A DNA stretch of 64,000 bases from an uncultured Chitinophaga sp. (GCA_964631835.1 CAZWAD010000001.1:180063-244062); one strand, 5' to 3'; positions 8,958 through 19,840 are shown, numbered from the stretch's first letter. Translations and numbers: made by a program. Notes: generated by a model not told the origin, from the letters alone.

Positions 8958-11900
8958 ATGAAAGCAACCCAACTCTTTCTGCCCGTTACCCTTTGCTTTT
9001 TTCTCCTAAAGATTCAGGCACATGAACCCGCAGCGGCCCCAATCAAACTCATTAAAAACCTCGGTCAGCAGCACCCCAATGTTTTATACTCTGCCGGGCT
9101 GAACGGTGGCGTGGTTTATCTGGAGCGCAACGCCCTGACTTACGCTTTTTATCATGCCGCTGACCTCGCCCGCCTTGACAAATACTTTCACGACAACGAG
9201 TACCTGCATTCACAGAGCGACCAAAGCCCGCAGCTTCGCGGCCATGCTTACCGGGTTCATTTTGAAAACGCAAACCCCAATCCGCAAGTAGCCGAAGCCG
9301 CAAAGTGCCGGGAGTATTACAATTACTTCTTCGGACAGGACGAGAGCAAATGGGCGGGCAATGTTCCCTTGTTCGGGGAAGTTGTTTACAAAAATGTTTA
9401 CCCGCGCATTTCATTATCGGTTCATAGTGCCGGAGCAAATCTCGAATACGATTTTATTGTTAGTGCTGGTGCTGATGTTTCCCTCATTGCGCTCCGCTTC
9501 GAAGGGGCCGATGGCTTATTCATCCGCGATGGAAATCTTGTCATCAAAACTTCTGTGGCTGATATTATTGAGCAAAAGCCTTTTGCTTTTCAAATTATTG
9601 ATGGTGAAAAGAAAACTATCCCCTGCGAATACCGGTTGAGCGGAAACAACGTAACTTTTCATTTTTCCGAAGGATACGACAACCGCTATGAATTAGTGAT
9701 TGACCCTGTAGTTGTTGCTGCCACTTATTCGGGAACAACTTACCGCGCTTACGCCCACACCGCCACGTACGATGCTGCCGGTAATATTTATTCTGCGGGC
9801 AAAGCATTTTCGGTGAATACCAACGGCACCGGTGCGGGTTACCCGGCTACAGTTGGCGCGTTTCAAACAACACATGCGGGTGGCTTCCAGGATATTTGTA
9901 TCAGCAAATACAATCCCGATGGCTCGGCTTTGTTGTGGGCTACTTATTTGGGAGGTGTAAGGCAGGAACAGCCGCACAGCTTGGTGGTTAATGCCGCCCA
10001 GCAATTATATATCTATGGCAGTTCCAATTCCGAAAACTACCCGGTTAGCGCCACCGGTTACCAGCGCACCAACCCTACCGACAATTTCGGAAATCACTTG
10101 ACAGATATTATAGTTACTAAACTCAACACCACCGGTTCTGCCTTAATCGGCTCAACTTATGTGGGCGGCAACACCGAGCAGGACGGAGTGAACTATTCTT
10201 CGGTTCTCCGGTATTATGGCGATTACTACAAGGGCGAAATAATTATTGACTCGCTCGACAACGCTTACATTGCCAGCTATGGCCGCTCGGCTAACTTTCC
10301 GGTTACATCCGGTGCGTATCAGACAACCTATGGCGGAGGATATCAGGACGGAGTTGTGTTTAAACTCAACAGCAACCTGTCTGCACTTTTGTGGAGTACC
10401 TTTCTTGGCGGGCCGGGTGAAGATGCCTGCTATGGTTTGAAGCTTGATGCCAATGGAAATGTTTTCGTCACCGGTGCCATTTCAAGCAACATACTCACCA
10501 ACACCGCAGGAACTATCCGCCCGAGCTACACCGGTGGCTTGTTCGATGCCTACGTGGCGAACCTCAGCGCCAACGGACAGACCATGCTCAAGTCCACCTA
10601 CTTCGGCACCGTGAGCGAAGAGCAGGCTTACCTGCTTGACTTAGACAAATACGGTGATGTCTACATTTTTGGTGCAACACCCAATAGTGCTATTCAACCT
10701 ACACCGGGTGCTTACCAGGGAGTAATGAATGGCTCATTTATCGCGAAACTGAAACCAACGCTTGACTCCACCTATTTCATTACCACCTTCAATCAACTGG
10801 CGCCCACAGCACTCATGATTGACGAGTGCGATTACATCTATGCCATTGGTCACGGAGGATTGAACACTTCCATTGGAAATTTATCCGGCTTCACTACTAC
10901 TGCCGGGGCATTTCAAACAGTCAGCGGAGGCTTTTACATGCTTACGCTGGAGCCAAATGCCTCCGCATTGCGTTTCGGCTCTTATTACGGTCCGCAGGAT
11001 TCGCATGTGGACGGAGGCACCTGCCGCTTCGACAGGCGCGGAGTTATTTACCACGCGCTTTGCACCGATAAAACAACCTTATATACCACGCCTACCGCTT
11101 TCCGAACCAACAAGACCTCCAACGATTTCGACAACACGGTTTTCAAAATTGATTTCGAGGCGGAGCGCGTAAATGCCGATGCTTTGGCTGCGGTGGCGGG
11201 CAGCAGCGATACTTCTTCTTCCATAGCTTCCTGTATTCTTCCGTTACCGGTTCAGTTTATCAACCGCTCGGTAAATGCCGTGCAGTATGAATGGCACTTC
11301 GGCAATGGCGACTCTTCCACCGCCCAGCACCCGCTTTATACGTATACCACCAGCGGCAATTACCAGGTGATGCTCATTGCCCGGGATTCAGCCACATGCA
11401 ACAAAGCCGATACCGCCTACTTAACCGTTAACACCGCCCAGGGCGTTGCGCTCAGCGCTGCGGCCACCAACACCCCCTGCAACGGCAACACCGGCACCGC
11501 TTCGGTTACGGTAACTGCGGGCACGGCTCCCTTCAGCTATTTATGGAACACCGGTGACACCACTTCGGCTATTGCGAATCTTACTTCGGGAACTTACTCC
11601 GTTACGGTAAGCGCAGCCGGAAACTGCTCCGCCACTTCTTCGGTTGCCGTTACTTCTTCCAACGGGGTTACCCTTTCCATTTCTTCAACCAACACCACCT
11701 GCGGCAACAGCAACGGAACGGTTACGGTAAATACTTCCACCGGCTCTTCACCGTTTACGTATCTCTGGAATAATTCCTCCGCCTCGCCTTCGCTCACTAA
11801 TCTTGCGGCAGGAAATTATTCGGTAACGGTAACCGATGCCAACAGTTGCAGTGCATCAGCCAGCGCAGCGGTCGGCTCATCGGGAGTAACCCCACCAGTG

Positions 11901-12584
11901 GTTTCTTCCGACAAAGCCATTATGTGCTCGGGCGACAGCGCCCGTATTTGTGCGCCACCGGGCTATTCGGCTTACCAGTGGAACACCGGCCAGCAGGATT
12001 CCTGCATTTACACGCGGCTGGCGGGCAACTATTATGTAACCGCCACCGACATGAACAACTGCTCCGCTTCATCATCGGCTGTTTCCGTTGGCGTTTATCC
12101 GCTGCCCCCGGTTTCCATCAGCGTAAATGGCGATACCCTGACGGGTTATAATGCCGTAACTTACCAATGGTATTTGAACAATACGGCTATACCGGGCGCA
12201 AACTCCAGCACTTACATTGCTACAGTTTCGGGCGACTATACATTAGCCGTAACCGACAGCAACGGCTGTCGCGCGGCTTCAACCAAAGTTGCGGTTACTT
12301 TAACGGGAGTTACGGAATTTAACAAAGAAGCGGGTCTGATAATTTATCCGAATCCATCGGATGGGAATTTTGAGTTGCGGATTGAAAATTTTGAATTGAA
12401 ACAACCAATATTTGCGATAGTGTTTGATGTTACAGGCAGAAGAATTTTTGAGCAGAAAATAAATTCTTCTTTAGCCACACTGAATTTGGAAACTTTTTCG
12501 CGAGGGGTTTATTTCCTGAAAATAGAGGGAAACAAATTCTCTGAAACAAAAAAGCTATTACTTTTTCAGCCCAATCTCCACTAA
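8958..12584 (+). CDS. Large secreted cell-surface protein: beta-propeller-type repeats, PKD-like domain, SprB-type Cys-containing repeats, T9SS CTD
   Basis: ATG at 8958 gives the signal peptide MKATQLFLPVTLCFFLLKIQA; the track start 8886 is TTG. Repeated modules ...CNGNTGTASVTVTAGTAPFSYLWNTGDTT...GTYSVTVSAAGNC. PKD-like WHFGNGDSSTAQHPLYTYT. C-terminal YPNPSDGNF...GVYFLKIEG. Confidence 0.85.
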   Translation: MKATQLFLPVTLCFFLLKIQAHEPAAAPIKLIKNLGQQHPNVLYSAGLNGGVVYLERNALTYAFYHAADLARLDKYFHDNEYLHSQSDQSPQLRGHAYRVHFENANPNPQVAEAAKCREYYNYFFGQDESKWAGNVPLFGEVVYKNVYPRISLSVHSAGANLEYDFIVSAGADVSLIALRFEGADGLFIRDGNLVIKTSVADIIEQKPFAFQIIDGEKKTIPCEYRLSGNNVTFHFSEGYDNRYELVIDPVVVAATYSGTTYRAYAHTATYDAAGNIYSAGKAFSVNTNGTGAGYPATVGAFQTTHAGGFQDICISKYNPDGSALLWATYLGGVRQEQPHSLVVNAAQQLYIYGSSNSENYPVSATGYQRTNPTDNFGNHLTDIIVTKLNTTGSALIGSTYVGGNTEQDGVNYSSVLRYYGDYYKGEIIIDSLDNAYIASYGRSANFPVTSGAYQTTYGGGYQDGVVFKLNSNLSALLWSTFLGGPGEDACYGLKLDANGNVFVTGAISSNILTNTAGTIRPSYTGGLFDAYVANLSANGQTMLKSTYFGTVSEEQAYLLDLDKYGDVYIFGATPNSAIQPTPGAYQGVMNGSFIAKLKPTLDSTYFITTFNQLAPTALMIDECDYIYAIGHGGLNTSIGNLSGFTTTAGAFQTVSGGFYMLTLEPNASALRFGSYYGPQDSHVDGGTCRFDRRGVIYHALCTDKTTLYTTPTAFRTNKTSNDFDNTVFKIDFEAERVNADALAAVAGSSDTSSSIASCILPLPVQFINRSVNAVQYEWHFGNGDSSTAQHPLYTYTTSGNYQVMLIARDSATCNKADTAYLTVNTAQGVALSAAATNTPCNGNTGTASVTVTAGTAPFSYLWNTGDTTSAIANLTSGTYSVTVSAAGNCSATSSVAVTSSNGVTLSISSTNTTCGNSNGTVTVNTSTGSSPFTYLWNNSSASPSLTNLAAGNYSVTVTDANSCSASASAAVGSSGVTPPVVSSDKAIMCSGDSARICAPPGYSAYQWNTGQQDSCIYTRLAGNYYVTATDMNNCSASSSAVSVGVYPLPPVSISVNGDTLTGYNAVTYQWYLNNTAIPGANSSTYIATVSGDYTLAVTDSNGCRAASTKVAVTLTGVTEFNKEAGLIIYPNPSDGNFELRIENFELKQPIFAIVFDVTGRRIFEQKINSSLATLNLETFSRGVYFLKIEGNKFSETKKLLLFQPNLH

Positions 12585-13508
12585 TCTTTCGTTCAGGTAT
12601 TCGCCAGCTGAAATAGGGGCATAGGCAAGCGGGTGTTTTTCGGTGACACAACTTGGCAGACAGTCTAGGCGCATTTCGCTGCGCGGATGCATAAAGAAAG
12701 GAATGGAGAAACGCGAAGTATGCCATTTTTCGCGCGGAGGGTTCACCACGCGGTGAGTGGTTGATTTCAGCTTGTTGTTGGTAAGCCGCTGGAGCATGTC
12801 GCCCACGTTCACCACTATGCAACCTTCAGGAGCGGTAATATCAAGCCACTCACCTTGTCTGTTAAGAAGCTGCAAGCCTTCGGCAGAAGCGCCAACCAGA
12901 AGCGTAATCAGGTTAATGTCCTCATGCTGCTCGGCACGCACCGCACTTTTCGGCTCTTGCGTAATTGGCGGATAATGAATCGCCCTCACAATCGAATTGC
13001 CGTTGTGCACATGCTTGTCGAAATAAAACTCGCCAATGCCTAGGTGAATGGCAATGGCGCGCAGCAGCTCCCGCCCCGAATCTTCAAACGATTTGTAAAG
13101 CCGGGTTCCCAAATCGAAGAAACCGGGCAGTTCATCTACCTCGAGGTTGCCGGGATAATGTTCTATGGGAAGGTCTTCGCCTTCCACTATCTGCCCCATT
13201 TGCCAGAATTCTTTCAAGTCAGGCGCATCATAACCTTTCGCGGTTTCTTTGCCAAACGAAGTATAACCGCGCTGCCCGGCCAGTTCGGGAACTTCATATT
13301 TCTTTTTGACGGCAACAGGAAGGGAAAAGAATTTTTTCACCGCGTCATAATATTCATTTATCAGTTCCTGTGGCACTCCGTGGTTTTTTACTGAAACAAA
13401 GCCCACATCTTCAAACGCTCTGCCGAGTTGTTCAACAAATTTCTGCTTGCGTTCTCCTCCGGCAAGAAAATCGGAGATGTCAACGGTGGGAATGGAATGG
13501 GAACTCAT
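12558..13508 (-). CDS. 2-oxoglutarate/Fe(II)-dependent oxygenase (isopenicillin-N-synthase family)
   Basis: 316 aa. N-terminal non-haem dioxygenase region, HEDINLITLL (HxD) and HRVVNP motifs. Confidence 0.85.
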   Translation of the reverse strand: MSSHSIPTVDISDFLAGGERKQKFVEQLGRAFEDVGFVSVKNHGVPQELINEYYDAVKKFFSLPVAVKKKYEVPELAGQRGYTSFGKETAKGYDAPDLKEFWQMGQIVEGEDLPIEHYPGNLEVDELPGFFDLGTRLYKSFEDSGRELLRAIAIHLGIGEFYFDKHVHNGNSIVRAIHYPPITQEPKSAVRAEQHEDINLITLLVGASAEGLQLLNRQGEWLDITAPEGCIVVNVGDMLQRLTNNKLKSTTHRVVNPPREKWHTSRFSIPFFMHPRSEMRLDCLPSCVTEKHPLAYAPISAGEYLNERLVEIGLKK

Positions 13509-13536
13509 GAATGCTAATTAAAGTTAGATAGTGGTT

Positions 13537-15117
13537 TCAGTCAAGAGACTGAGTTGTTTCTTCCCTGCCATTACTGTCTAAGGATAAATGAAATACTTTT
13601 TCTATAAAAACGCCATCCTGGTATTCATCTGGGAAGGTAATAAACACTCCTTTGTTTCTGTTATTTTCTTTTAAAAATTCGTAAGCATTTTCCACACTAT
13701 TGCAATATCTGATATTCCGCCTAGAATAAAATATAAGTTGAGGGTCTATGTTTCTTTTTAGAAAGATGACCTCCCTATTTGTTACTTGTTCTTTAATTAC
13801 ATGTGCTGTGAGTTCTTGCCTCTTGTGAAAAGTAACGAAATCGACAGGATTGTTCATCACCTGAAATTCTGTAACCATTAAAACAATCACTACCACCAAC
13901 CCAACCCGCAACTTCCTTAAAGAAATAGCTCCGCTCTTTTTCACTTTATCATAAAGAATGCCGAGCAGCACGCTAAAGAAAAGCGAAGCATAAAGTGCCG
14001 TAAAATCATGCTGAGAATAATTGAGGAAGAAAAAGTGCATGAGTACTACCGGTGTTACACTCAGCCAGATAAACCGGTAGCCGTTTTCGCTGAAAACAAT
14101 TTTCAGTTTCTTCCTGCTCACCGATAGCCAGATGAACAACAGAATAACAAGGTAAATAACATTGTAATGAATGAGATAATTGTAGAGAATGTTTTTCAGA
14201 TACCAGAGGTAGGAAAACATAAAATGCAGCAAGCCGTGTTCGGCATCGGCAATGCTTCCGCGCACAAGGTACCGGCTGAGCATTTCGTAAATGTACGCTC
14301 GCAGGCCGCTTATTTGCGAATACTGGTAAACAATCAACTGACCGGCAATAAGCGTAACAAAAAAAGTGCTCCAGATAAGTATGCGGAAGCCTTTGATGTC
14401 GCGCACATGCAGCAGCGAGTAAACCAGCACACCAAAGGCAAAGAACAACCCCAGCCACGAGGTGTAAATCATCAGCCCCAAGCAGGTGATGTAAAAGAAA
14501 ATGTATTTGGGTGAATAGAACTTCTGCCGGATAATCATTTTGAGCGCTATGTAAACCCCGATAATAAAGAGCAGGTGAACCGCCATATCGCTCATGTACA
14601 CATTGCTCTGAAACCAGAGCGTAACCGGCAGAAAAATGTAAAGAGTAAAAGCCACTATGGCGCTGCGGTAAGGCAAAGCGCGCGCGCGGTTAAAACTAAG
14701 GAGGCAAACCGTAAAATAAATAAACAGCCCGCTCAGAAAATGAAGGGCAAGGTTGACGATTTGCAGCGGCAGTACATCCGGACGAACATGCAACACTTTG
14801 AAAATGAAAAACGGAAAGTAATACGCAAAAGGCGGATGGGAAACATAATAGTAGTTCCCTTCCTTATCAAGCATCTTACCGGTTTGGTTTGCGTGGTTGT
14901 TGATGAACTTATCGGCCTGGTTGTTATAAGTCATCACCGGGTTGTAGTTGTATTTCGCAATGCCGTTATCGTACCATATTTGCATGATACGCAGGGAAAT
15001 AGCCGTGCAGAACTCATGATGTTTGGAAAGCGGACGATTAAGCTGCGGCAAACGAACAGCCACCGAAAGCAGGAAAATTCCGAAGAGAATGGGTAAAGTT
15101 CGTTTGATGAAAAACAT
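13537..15117 (-). CDS. Polytopic membrane protein, possibly a GT-C-type (ArnT/PMT-like) glycosyltransferase
   Basis: 526 aa with more than 10 hydrophobic segments and a soluble C-terminal domain. The family assignment is tentative. Confidence 0.65.
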   Translation of the reverse strand: MFFIKRTLPILFGIFLLSVAVRLPQLNRPLSKHHEFCTAISLRIMQIWYDNGIAKYNYNPVMTYNNQADKFINNHANQTGKMLDKEGNYYYVSHPPFAYYFPFFIFKVLHVRPDVLPLQIVNLALHFLSGLFIYFTVCLLSFNRARALPYRSAIVAFTLYIFLPVTLWFQSNVYMSDMAVHLLFIIGVYIALKMIIRQKFYSPKYIFFYITCLGLMIYTSWLGLFFAFGVLVYSLLHVRDIKGFRILIWSTFFVTLIAGQLIVYQYSQISGLRAYIYEMLSRYLVRGSIADAEHGLLHFMFSYLWYLKNILYNYLIHYNVIYLVILLFIWLSVSRKKLKIVFSENGYRFIWLSVTPVVLMHFFFLNYSQHDFTALYASLFFSVLLGILYDKVKKSGAISLRKLRVGLVVVIVLMVTEFQVMNNPVDFVTFHKRQELTAHVIKEQVTNREVIFLKRNIDPQLIFYSRRNIRYCNSVENAYEFLKENNRNKGVFITFPDEYQDGVFIEKVFHLSLDSNGREETTQSLD

Positions 15118-15161
15118 AGCTTAATTGCGGAATAAAAATACAAGAATACCGGTAAACACTA

Positions 15162-15201
15162 AGACACAAAAGCGCAAGGCATTCTTCGCGTCTTTGTGTC
15201 T
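15162..15201 (-). terminator. Hairpin downstream of asnS
   Basis: AGACACAAA (15162-15170) pairs with TTTGTGTCT (15193-15201), with additional inner GC pairs. It lies 16 nt past the asnS stop. Confidence 0.45.
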
Positions 15202-15216
15202 TTGTGAAAATGGTTT

Positions 15217-16734
15217 CTAAGGAAGCAGCCTTCCGTAAGAACGAGGGAAGGGAATGGTTTCGCGGATGTGTTGCAGTCCGCAAATCCAGGCGACCAATCT
15301 TTCAAGCCCCAGCCCGAATCCGGCATGAGGCACGTTGCCAAATTTGCGGAGGTCAAGATACCATTCAAAAGCGCTCATGGGTAAATTGTGCTCAACAATC
15401 TTTCTCCTCAGCTTTTCAATATCGGTTTCGCGCTCGCCACCGCCAACCACTTCGCCATAACCTTCGGGCGCAAGGAGGTCAACCCCTTTGGCAATTCCCT
15501 TTTCGGCTTCATCTTCTTTCATGTAAAAGGCCTTCACTTCATGCGGCCAGTTGTAAACCATAACCGGCTTGCCGAGCATTTTAGTAAGAACGGTTTCATC
15601 ACTTCCCCCGAAATCATTTCCGCGCTGAAAGTTCTTGGCGCTGTCGAGCCATTGAGGAAGGTTAGCAAGCTTTTCTTCAGTATCTTTTATTTCATTCTTC
15701 AGCTTGTCAATCTTAGCCTGGTTGAAATTGATTTTACCTTTCTTCAATTCACCGCCGGCAATCTTCTTCTCCCGTTCAGCAATTTCCGTTTCAGCATTTG
15801 ATTTTTGCTCTTTGAGCTTTGATTCTTCTTCGGCAAGCATTTGCAGAGAAGTTCTTCCATTTATTTCTTTCTCGCCTTTAATCACACTCACTGCATCAGC
15901 ATATTTCATGCGAATAAACGGCTCACGGACTTTTTCGAGATAAGTTGTGTCGCGCTCCAGCGTTTGTAATTCCGGTTTGCATTTGTCGAGAACACTTGTT
16001 GCCACATAACGTACAAAATCCTCAATCAAATCCATGTCCATTTTCAAATCATAAAAAGCCATTTCGGGCTCTATCATCCAGAACTCCGTAAGATGCCTGC
16101 GGGTTTTTGATTTCTCCGCCCGGAAAGTGGGACCGAAAGTGTAAATCAATCCTTGCGCCATAGCCATTGCTTCACCGTAAAGCTGACCGGATTGGGAGAG
16201 GTAAGCGGGCTCACCGAAATAATCTGTCTCAAACAAAGTAGAAGTTCCTTCGCAGGCATTGCCGGTGAAAATAGGGGCGTCCATTTGCACAAACCCGCGT
16301 TCCTGGAAAAACTTGTGAATGGAAAAAATGATTTCGTTACGTACGCGCATTATTGCCCATTGACGTTTGGAGCGCAGCCACAAATGGCGTTTGTCCATCA
16401 GGAAATCAACACCGTGTTCCTTTGGAGTAATGGGGTAATCTTCGGCTTCAGCAATTATCTGCAGCGATGTAACATGAACTTCGTAACCGCCAATTTGCCG
16501 TTCGTCCTTCACTACTTTCCCTTTTACCGAAAGAGAACTTTCCTGCGGCAGCCGTTTCGCTTCATCGAAAGATTTTTCGCCCACTGCATTTAAATCAATC
16601 ACACACTGCACAAAACCGGTTCCATCGCGCAAGGTCATAAACACAATCGCCTTGCTGTCGCGCTTTTGTGCGTTCCACCCTTTCAGTTCAATTTCTTTAC
16701 CCTCGAACTTTGCTAACTCCTTAACGTAAACCAT
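15217..16734 (-). CDS. asnS: Asparagine--tRNA ligase, with a charged insertion
   Basis: 505 aa. Class II motifs including FRAEKSKTRRHLTEFWMIEPEMAF and the C-terminal GFGLGLERLV...IPFPR. Confidence 0.93.
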   Translation of the reverse strand: MVYVKELAKFEGKEIELKGWNAQKRDSKAIVFMTLRDGTGFVQCVIDLNAVGEKSFDEAKRLPQESSLSVKGKVVKDERQIGGYEVHVTSLQIIAEAEDYPITPKEHGVDFLMDKRHLWLRSKRQWAIMRVRNEIIFSIHKFFQERGFVQMDAPIFTGNACEGTSTLFETDYFGEPAYLSQSGQLYGEAMAMAQGLIYTFGPTFRAEKSKTRRHLTEFWMIEPEMAFYDLKMDMDLIEDFVRYVATSVLDKCKPELQTLERDTTYLEKVREPFIRMKYADAVSVIKGEKEINGRTSLQMLAEEESKLKEQKSNAETEIAEREKKIAGGELKKGKINFNQAKIDKLKNEIKDTEEKLANLPQWLDSAKNFQRGNDFGGSDETVLTKMLGKPVMVYNWPHEVKAFYMKEDEAEKGIAKGVDLLAPEGYGEVVGGGERETDIEKLRRKIVEHNLPMSAFEWYLDLRKFGNVPHAGFGLGLERLVAWICGLQHIRETIPFPRSYGRLLP

Positions 16735-16821
16735 ACTTATTTTTCAAAGTGTGCGAATATAGAAAAGCGTTTGGTCTCCGCGTACACTTGGATTTTCGTT
16801 TGTTTTTTGAAAATTCGCACC

Positions 16822-18321
16822 GTGCTCAACCAAAAACTTGCCCAGAAATTACAACTCCGGTTTTCGCCCCAGCAGATTCAGTTAATGAAGCTGTTGCAGA
16901 TTCCTTCTGCACAACTGGAGCATCGTATAAAAGAAGAGCTTGAAGCAAATCCCGCGCTTGAAGAAGGGGCAAACACCGAAGACGAACCGGAAAACGAAGC
17001 AACTCTAACTTCAGAAAGCGAATCCCCCGAAACAGAAAACGAAGCTCAGGATGAAGAAATGAAGCTGGATGACGAGGTGGATATGAGTGAATATTATGAC
17101 GAGGATGATGAAGGGGTTGCCGAATACAAAACCAAAGACCCGAATGAATTTCCTGACCCGGATGATGAGAAAAAGACTATCCCGGTTGTGGTTTCCACTT
17201 CATTCCGCGAATATCTGGAGTCGCAATTAGTTGAGGAGGGTTTGGACGAACGCCAAAAGCAGATAGCCCAGCACCTCATTGGCAGCTTAGATGATGACGG
17301 CTATTTGCGAAGAGAGTTAAGCGCGGTGGTTGACGACCTGGCTTTCAGACAGAATATTACTACCGATGAGAAGGAGCTGCTATTTATTTTGAAGGAAGTT
17401 CAGAAACTCGACCCGCCCGGTGTAGGTGCGCGAACACTGGAAGAATGTTTGCTGCTTCAGCTTAAGCGAAAGGAAGAGCCGACCATATATACCGAAATTG
17501 CCATACGGATTATCGAAAACAACTTCGACCTGTTCACCAAAAAACATTACGAAAAGCTGAAGCAGGTTTTTGAGATAGATGAAGACAAGCTGAAAAAGGC
17601 GCTGGATGAAATCATTAAGCTGAACCCCAAACCCGGGAGCGCGTACAGTGGCGGAGGAAGGAACATGCAGCTTACCATTATTCCCGATTTTATCCTGACA
17701 AACAACAACGGAGAACTGACTGCATCGCTTAGCTCAGCCAATGCACCCGAACTGCGGGTGAGCAATCATTTTAAGGAAATGATTTCTACCTATAATAAGT
17801 CAAAAGACAAAAGCAAAAGCCAGAAAGAGGCAATTCTCTTTATTAAACAGAAGATTGATTCGGCAAAGTGGTTTATTGAAGCTATTCAATCGCGCTACCA
17901 AACCATGATGATGGTGATGAATACCATTCTTGAGCTGCAAAAAGACTACCTGAGTACCGGTGACGAAACCCAGATGAAACCCATGATTCTGAAAGACATT
18001 CACGACCGCACGGGGCTCGACATATCAACCGTTTCACGGGTGGCGAACAGCAAATATGTGCAAACCGAATTCGGAACTATTCCCCTTAAATTCTTTTTCA
18101 GCGAGTCGCTTTCTACCGACAGCGGGGAGGAAGTTTCTACCCGCGAGGTGAAAAAGATACTGAGCGATTTAATTGAAGCGGAAAACAAAAAGAAACCCAT
18201 CAGCGACCAGAAACTCACCAAAATCCTGAACGAACGCGGCTATAATGTAGCGCGGAGAACCGTAGCGAAATACCGGGAGCAATTGAATATACCGGTAGCG
18301 AGACTTAGGAAGGAGTTATAA
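16822..18321 (+). CDS. rpoN: RNA polymerase sigma-54 factor
   Basis: GTG at 16822 gives the N-terminus (M)LNQKLAQKLQLRFSPQQIQLMKLLQ, typical of RpoN; the track ORF starts upstream at 16771. The RpoN box ARRTVAKYRE is near the C-terminus. Confidence 0.93.
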   Translation: MLNQKLAQKLQLRFSPQQIQLMKLLQIPSAQLEHRIKEELEANPALEEGANTEDEPENEATLTSESESPETENEAQDEEMKLDDEVDMSEYYDEDDEGVAEYKTKDPNEFPDPDDEKKTIPVVVSTSFREYLESQLVEEGLDERQKQIAQHLIGSLDDDGYLRRELSAVVDDLAFRQNITTDEKELLFILKEVQKLDPPGVGARTLEECLLLQLKRKEEPTIYTEIAIRIIENNFDLFTKKHYEKLKQVFEIDEDKLKKALDEIIKLNPKPGSAYSGGGRNMQLTIIPDFILTNNNGELTASLSSANAPELRVSNHFKEMISTYNKSKDKSKSQKEAILFIKQKIDSAKWFIEAIQSRYQTMMMVMNTILELQKDYLSTGDETQMKPMILKDIHDRTGLDISTVSRVANSKYVQTEFGTIPLKFFFSESLSTDSGEEVSTREVKKILSDLIEAENKKKPISDQKLTKILNERGYNVARRTVAKYREQLNIPVARLRKEL

Positions 18322-18328
18322 TTTCCGC

Positions 18329-19084
18329 CTACTTTATTTCATAATAATATCTCCTCAATCCTTCCTTCACCGTATTAGTCAATTCGGGTAGCAGACTAAC
18401 TGTAAACTTTTGTTTCGCTTTATTATTCAGCGGCTGAACCGAAAAAGAGAAATACTTATCGGGCGTATCAAATTGCTGAGCCAGGATAAACGAGCCGCCC
18501 TTTACACTCCCTTCCTTCGAAACCAACGCAGTAAAAAACTCATTGCGGTTTCGAACTGCGGTAATGATTAGTTTTTGACCGGAGTGATTGATATACCAGA
18601 ATTCGTTCTCGTAAATAACCGCCCCGGTCAATGTTTCCTGTTTCATGTTTGCCGTGTCTCCGGTTTTCGTAACAGGAGATTCGGGGTTGGGAGTATGTTT
18701 TAGCGGAACGGTTACACCGTCATCATAATTGCGGTCAACAGAACTTAGCAGTGTACCGTCTTCGGCAAAAGCGGTTACGTTACTGTACCACTGGATTCCC
18801 CCATCGGGCGCGCTGCGCCATTCTGCTTTTTGCACCGCTCCGTTTTTATAAAATGTAAACGAGACGGTGCTGTGTCCGCCCGCTTTTCTCAGCTCGCGCT
18901 CATAAATCTTTTCGCCTTTGAGGTTAAACGCCCGCGCTTTGCCGAACCGGTTGTTCTTGTCGTAGCATTGGGTGGTGGAAACGGTTCCGTTTTTGAAATA
19001 GGTGGTTTGGCAATTGGGGAAATCGTGTTGCGCAGCTAATGCAGAGAAACACAAAACAGAAACCGCAGCCAATAATAACTTCAT
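18329..19084 (-). CDS. Hypothetical exported protein
   Basis: The internal ATG at 19084 gives the signal peptide MKLLLAAVSVLCFSALAAQ. The longer track ORF starts at 19147. Confidence 0.6.
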   Translation of the reverse strand: MKLLLAAVSVLCFSALAAQHDFPNCQTTYFKNGTVSTTQCYDKNNRFGKARAFNLKGEKIYERELRKAGGHSTVSFTFYKNGAVQKAEWRSAPDGGIQWYSNVTAFAEDGTLLSSVDRNYDDGVTVPLKHTPNPESPVTKTGDTANMKQETLTGAVIYENEFWYINHSGQKLIITAVRNRNEFFTALVSKEGSVKGGSFILAQQFDTPDKYFSFSVQPLNNKAKQKFTVSLLPELTNTVKEGLRRYYYEIK

Positions 19085-19195
19085 GAAACAGCTTTTTGCA
19101 TGTGTAAATTTAGAATAGCATTTTACTTCGCTTAAATAGAGGCACACTTTGCAGCATTCACCGCAGAAGAAAGCCTCTATAACGATTTTTTACAT

Positions 19196-19840
19196 TTGCC
19201 TGCCATGGAAATTTTTTCCCGGATTTTCTCCATCCTCTTTCACCCGCTGTTGTTTCCTACTTACGGGGCCTTCCTGATTATTGCCGCCAACCCGAACCGG
19301 TTCGGATATTTTGGCGAGCGGTTCCACGGGGTATGGCTCATTATGGTTTTTTCGCTCACCTTTCTTTTTCCGGTGGTGTGGATGGCTATGATGAAGCGGC
19401 TGGAAATGATTGAGAGCCTGGCGCTGGAAACCAAACGGGAAAGAATTATTCCGCTGATTGCTTCAGCCACCTTTTACCTGTGGGCAGCGTGGCAGTTTAA
19501 GCCGAATGCAAACATGAAACTGCCCACCAACGAGCTGGTGTTTTTCATGCTGCTGGGCTGCGCGCTTTCTATCTTCATTTTATTTTTCGTCAATGTATTT
19601 GAAAAAATAAGCCTTCATGCCGCGGGCGCTGGCGGCTTGTTCGGGCTTACGCTGGTGATGGTGCGCATTTCTTTTTACGACTTGCGCTTGCTGGTGATTG
19701 CGGCAATTCTTATTGCCGGGCTTACCGGTACTGCCCGGCTGATATTGAAAGCCCACACTCAGCGCGAAATATTAACCGGTTACCTGGCGGGTTTCACCGG
19801 TCAGTTTGTTGCGTTCAGTATTGTTCCGCGGTTTTTATAA
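19196..19840 (+). CDS. Hypothetical integral membrane protein
   Basis: 214 aa with about 6 hydrophobic helices. No catalytic motif recognised. Confidence 0.6.
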   Translation: MPAMEIFSRIFSILFHPLLFPTYGAFLIIAANPNRFGYFGERFHGVWLIMVFSLTFLFPVVWMAMMKRLEMIESLALETKRERIIPLIASATFYLWAAWQFKPNANMKLPTNELVFFMLLGCALSIFILFFVNVFEKISLHAAGAGGLFGLTLVMVRISFYDLRLLVIAAILIAGLTGTARLILKAHTQREILTGYLAGFTGQFVAFSIVPRFL

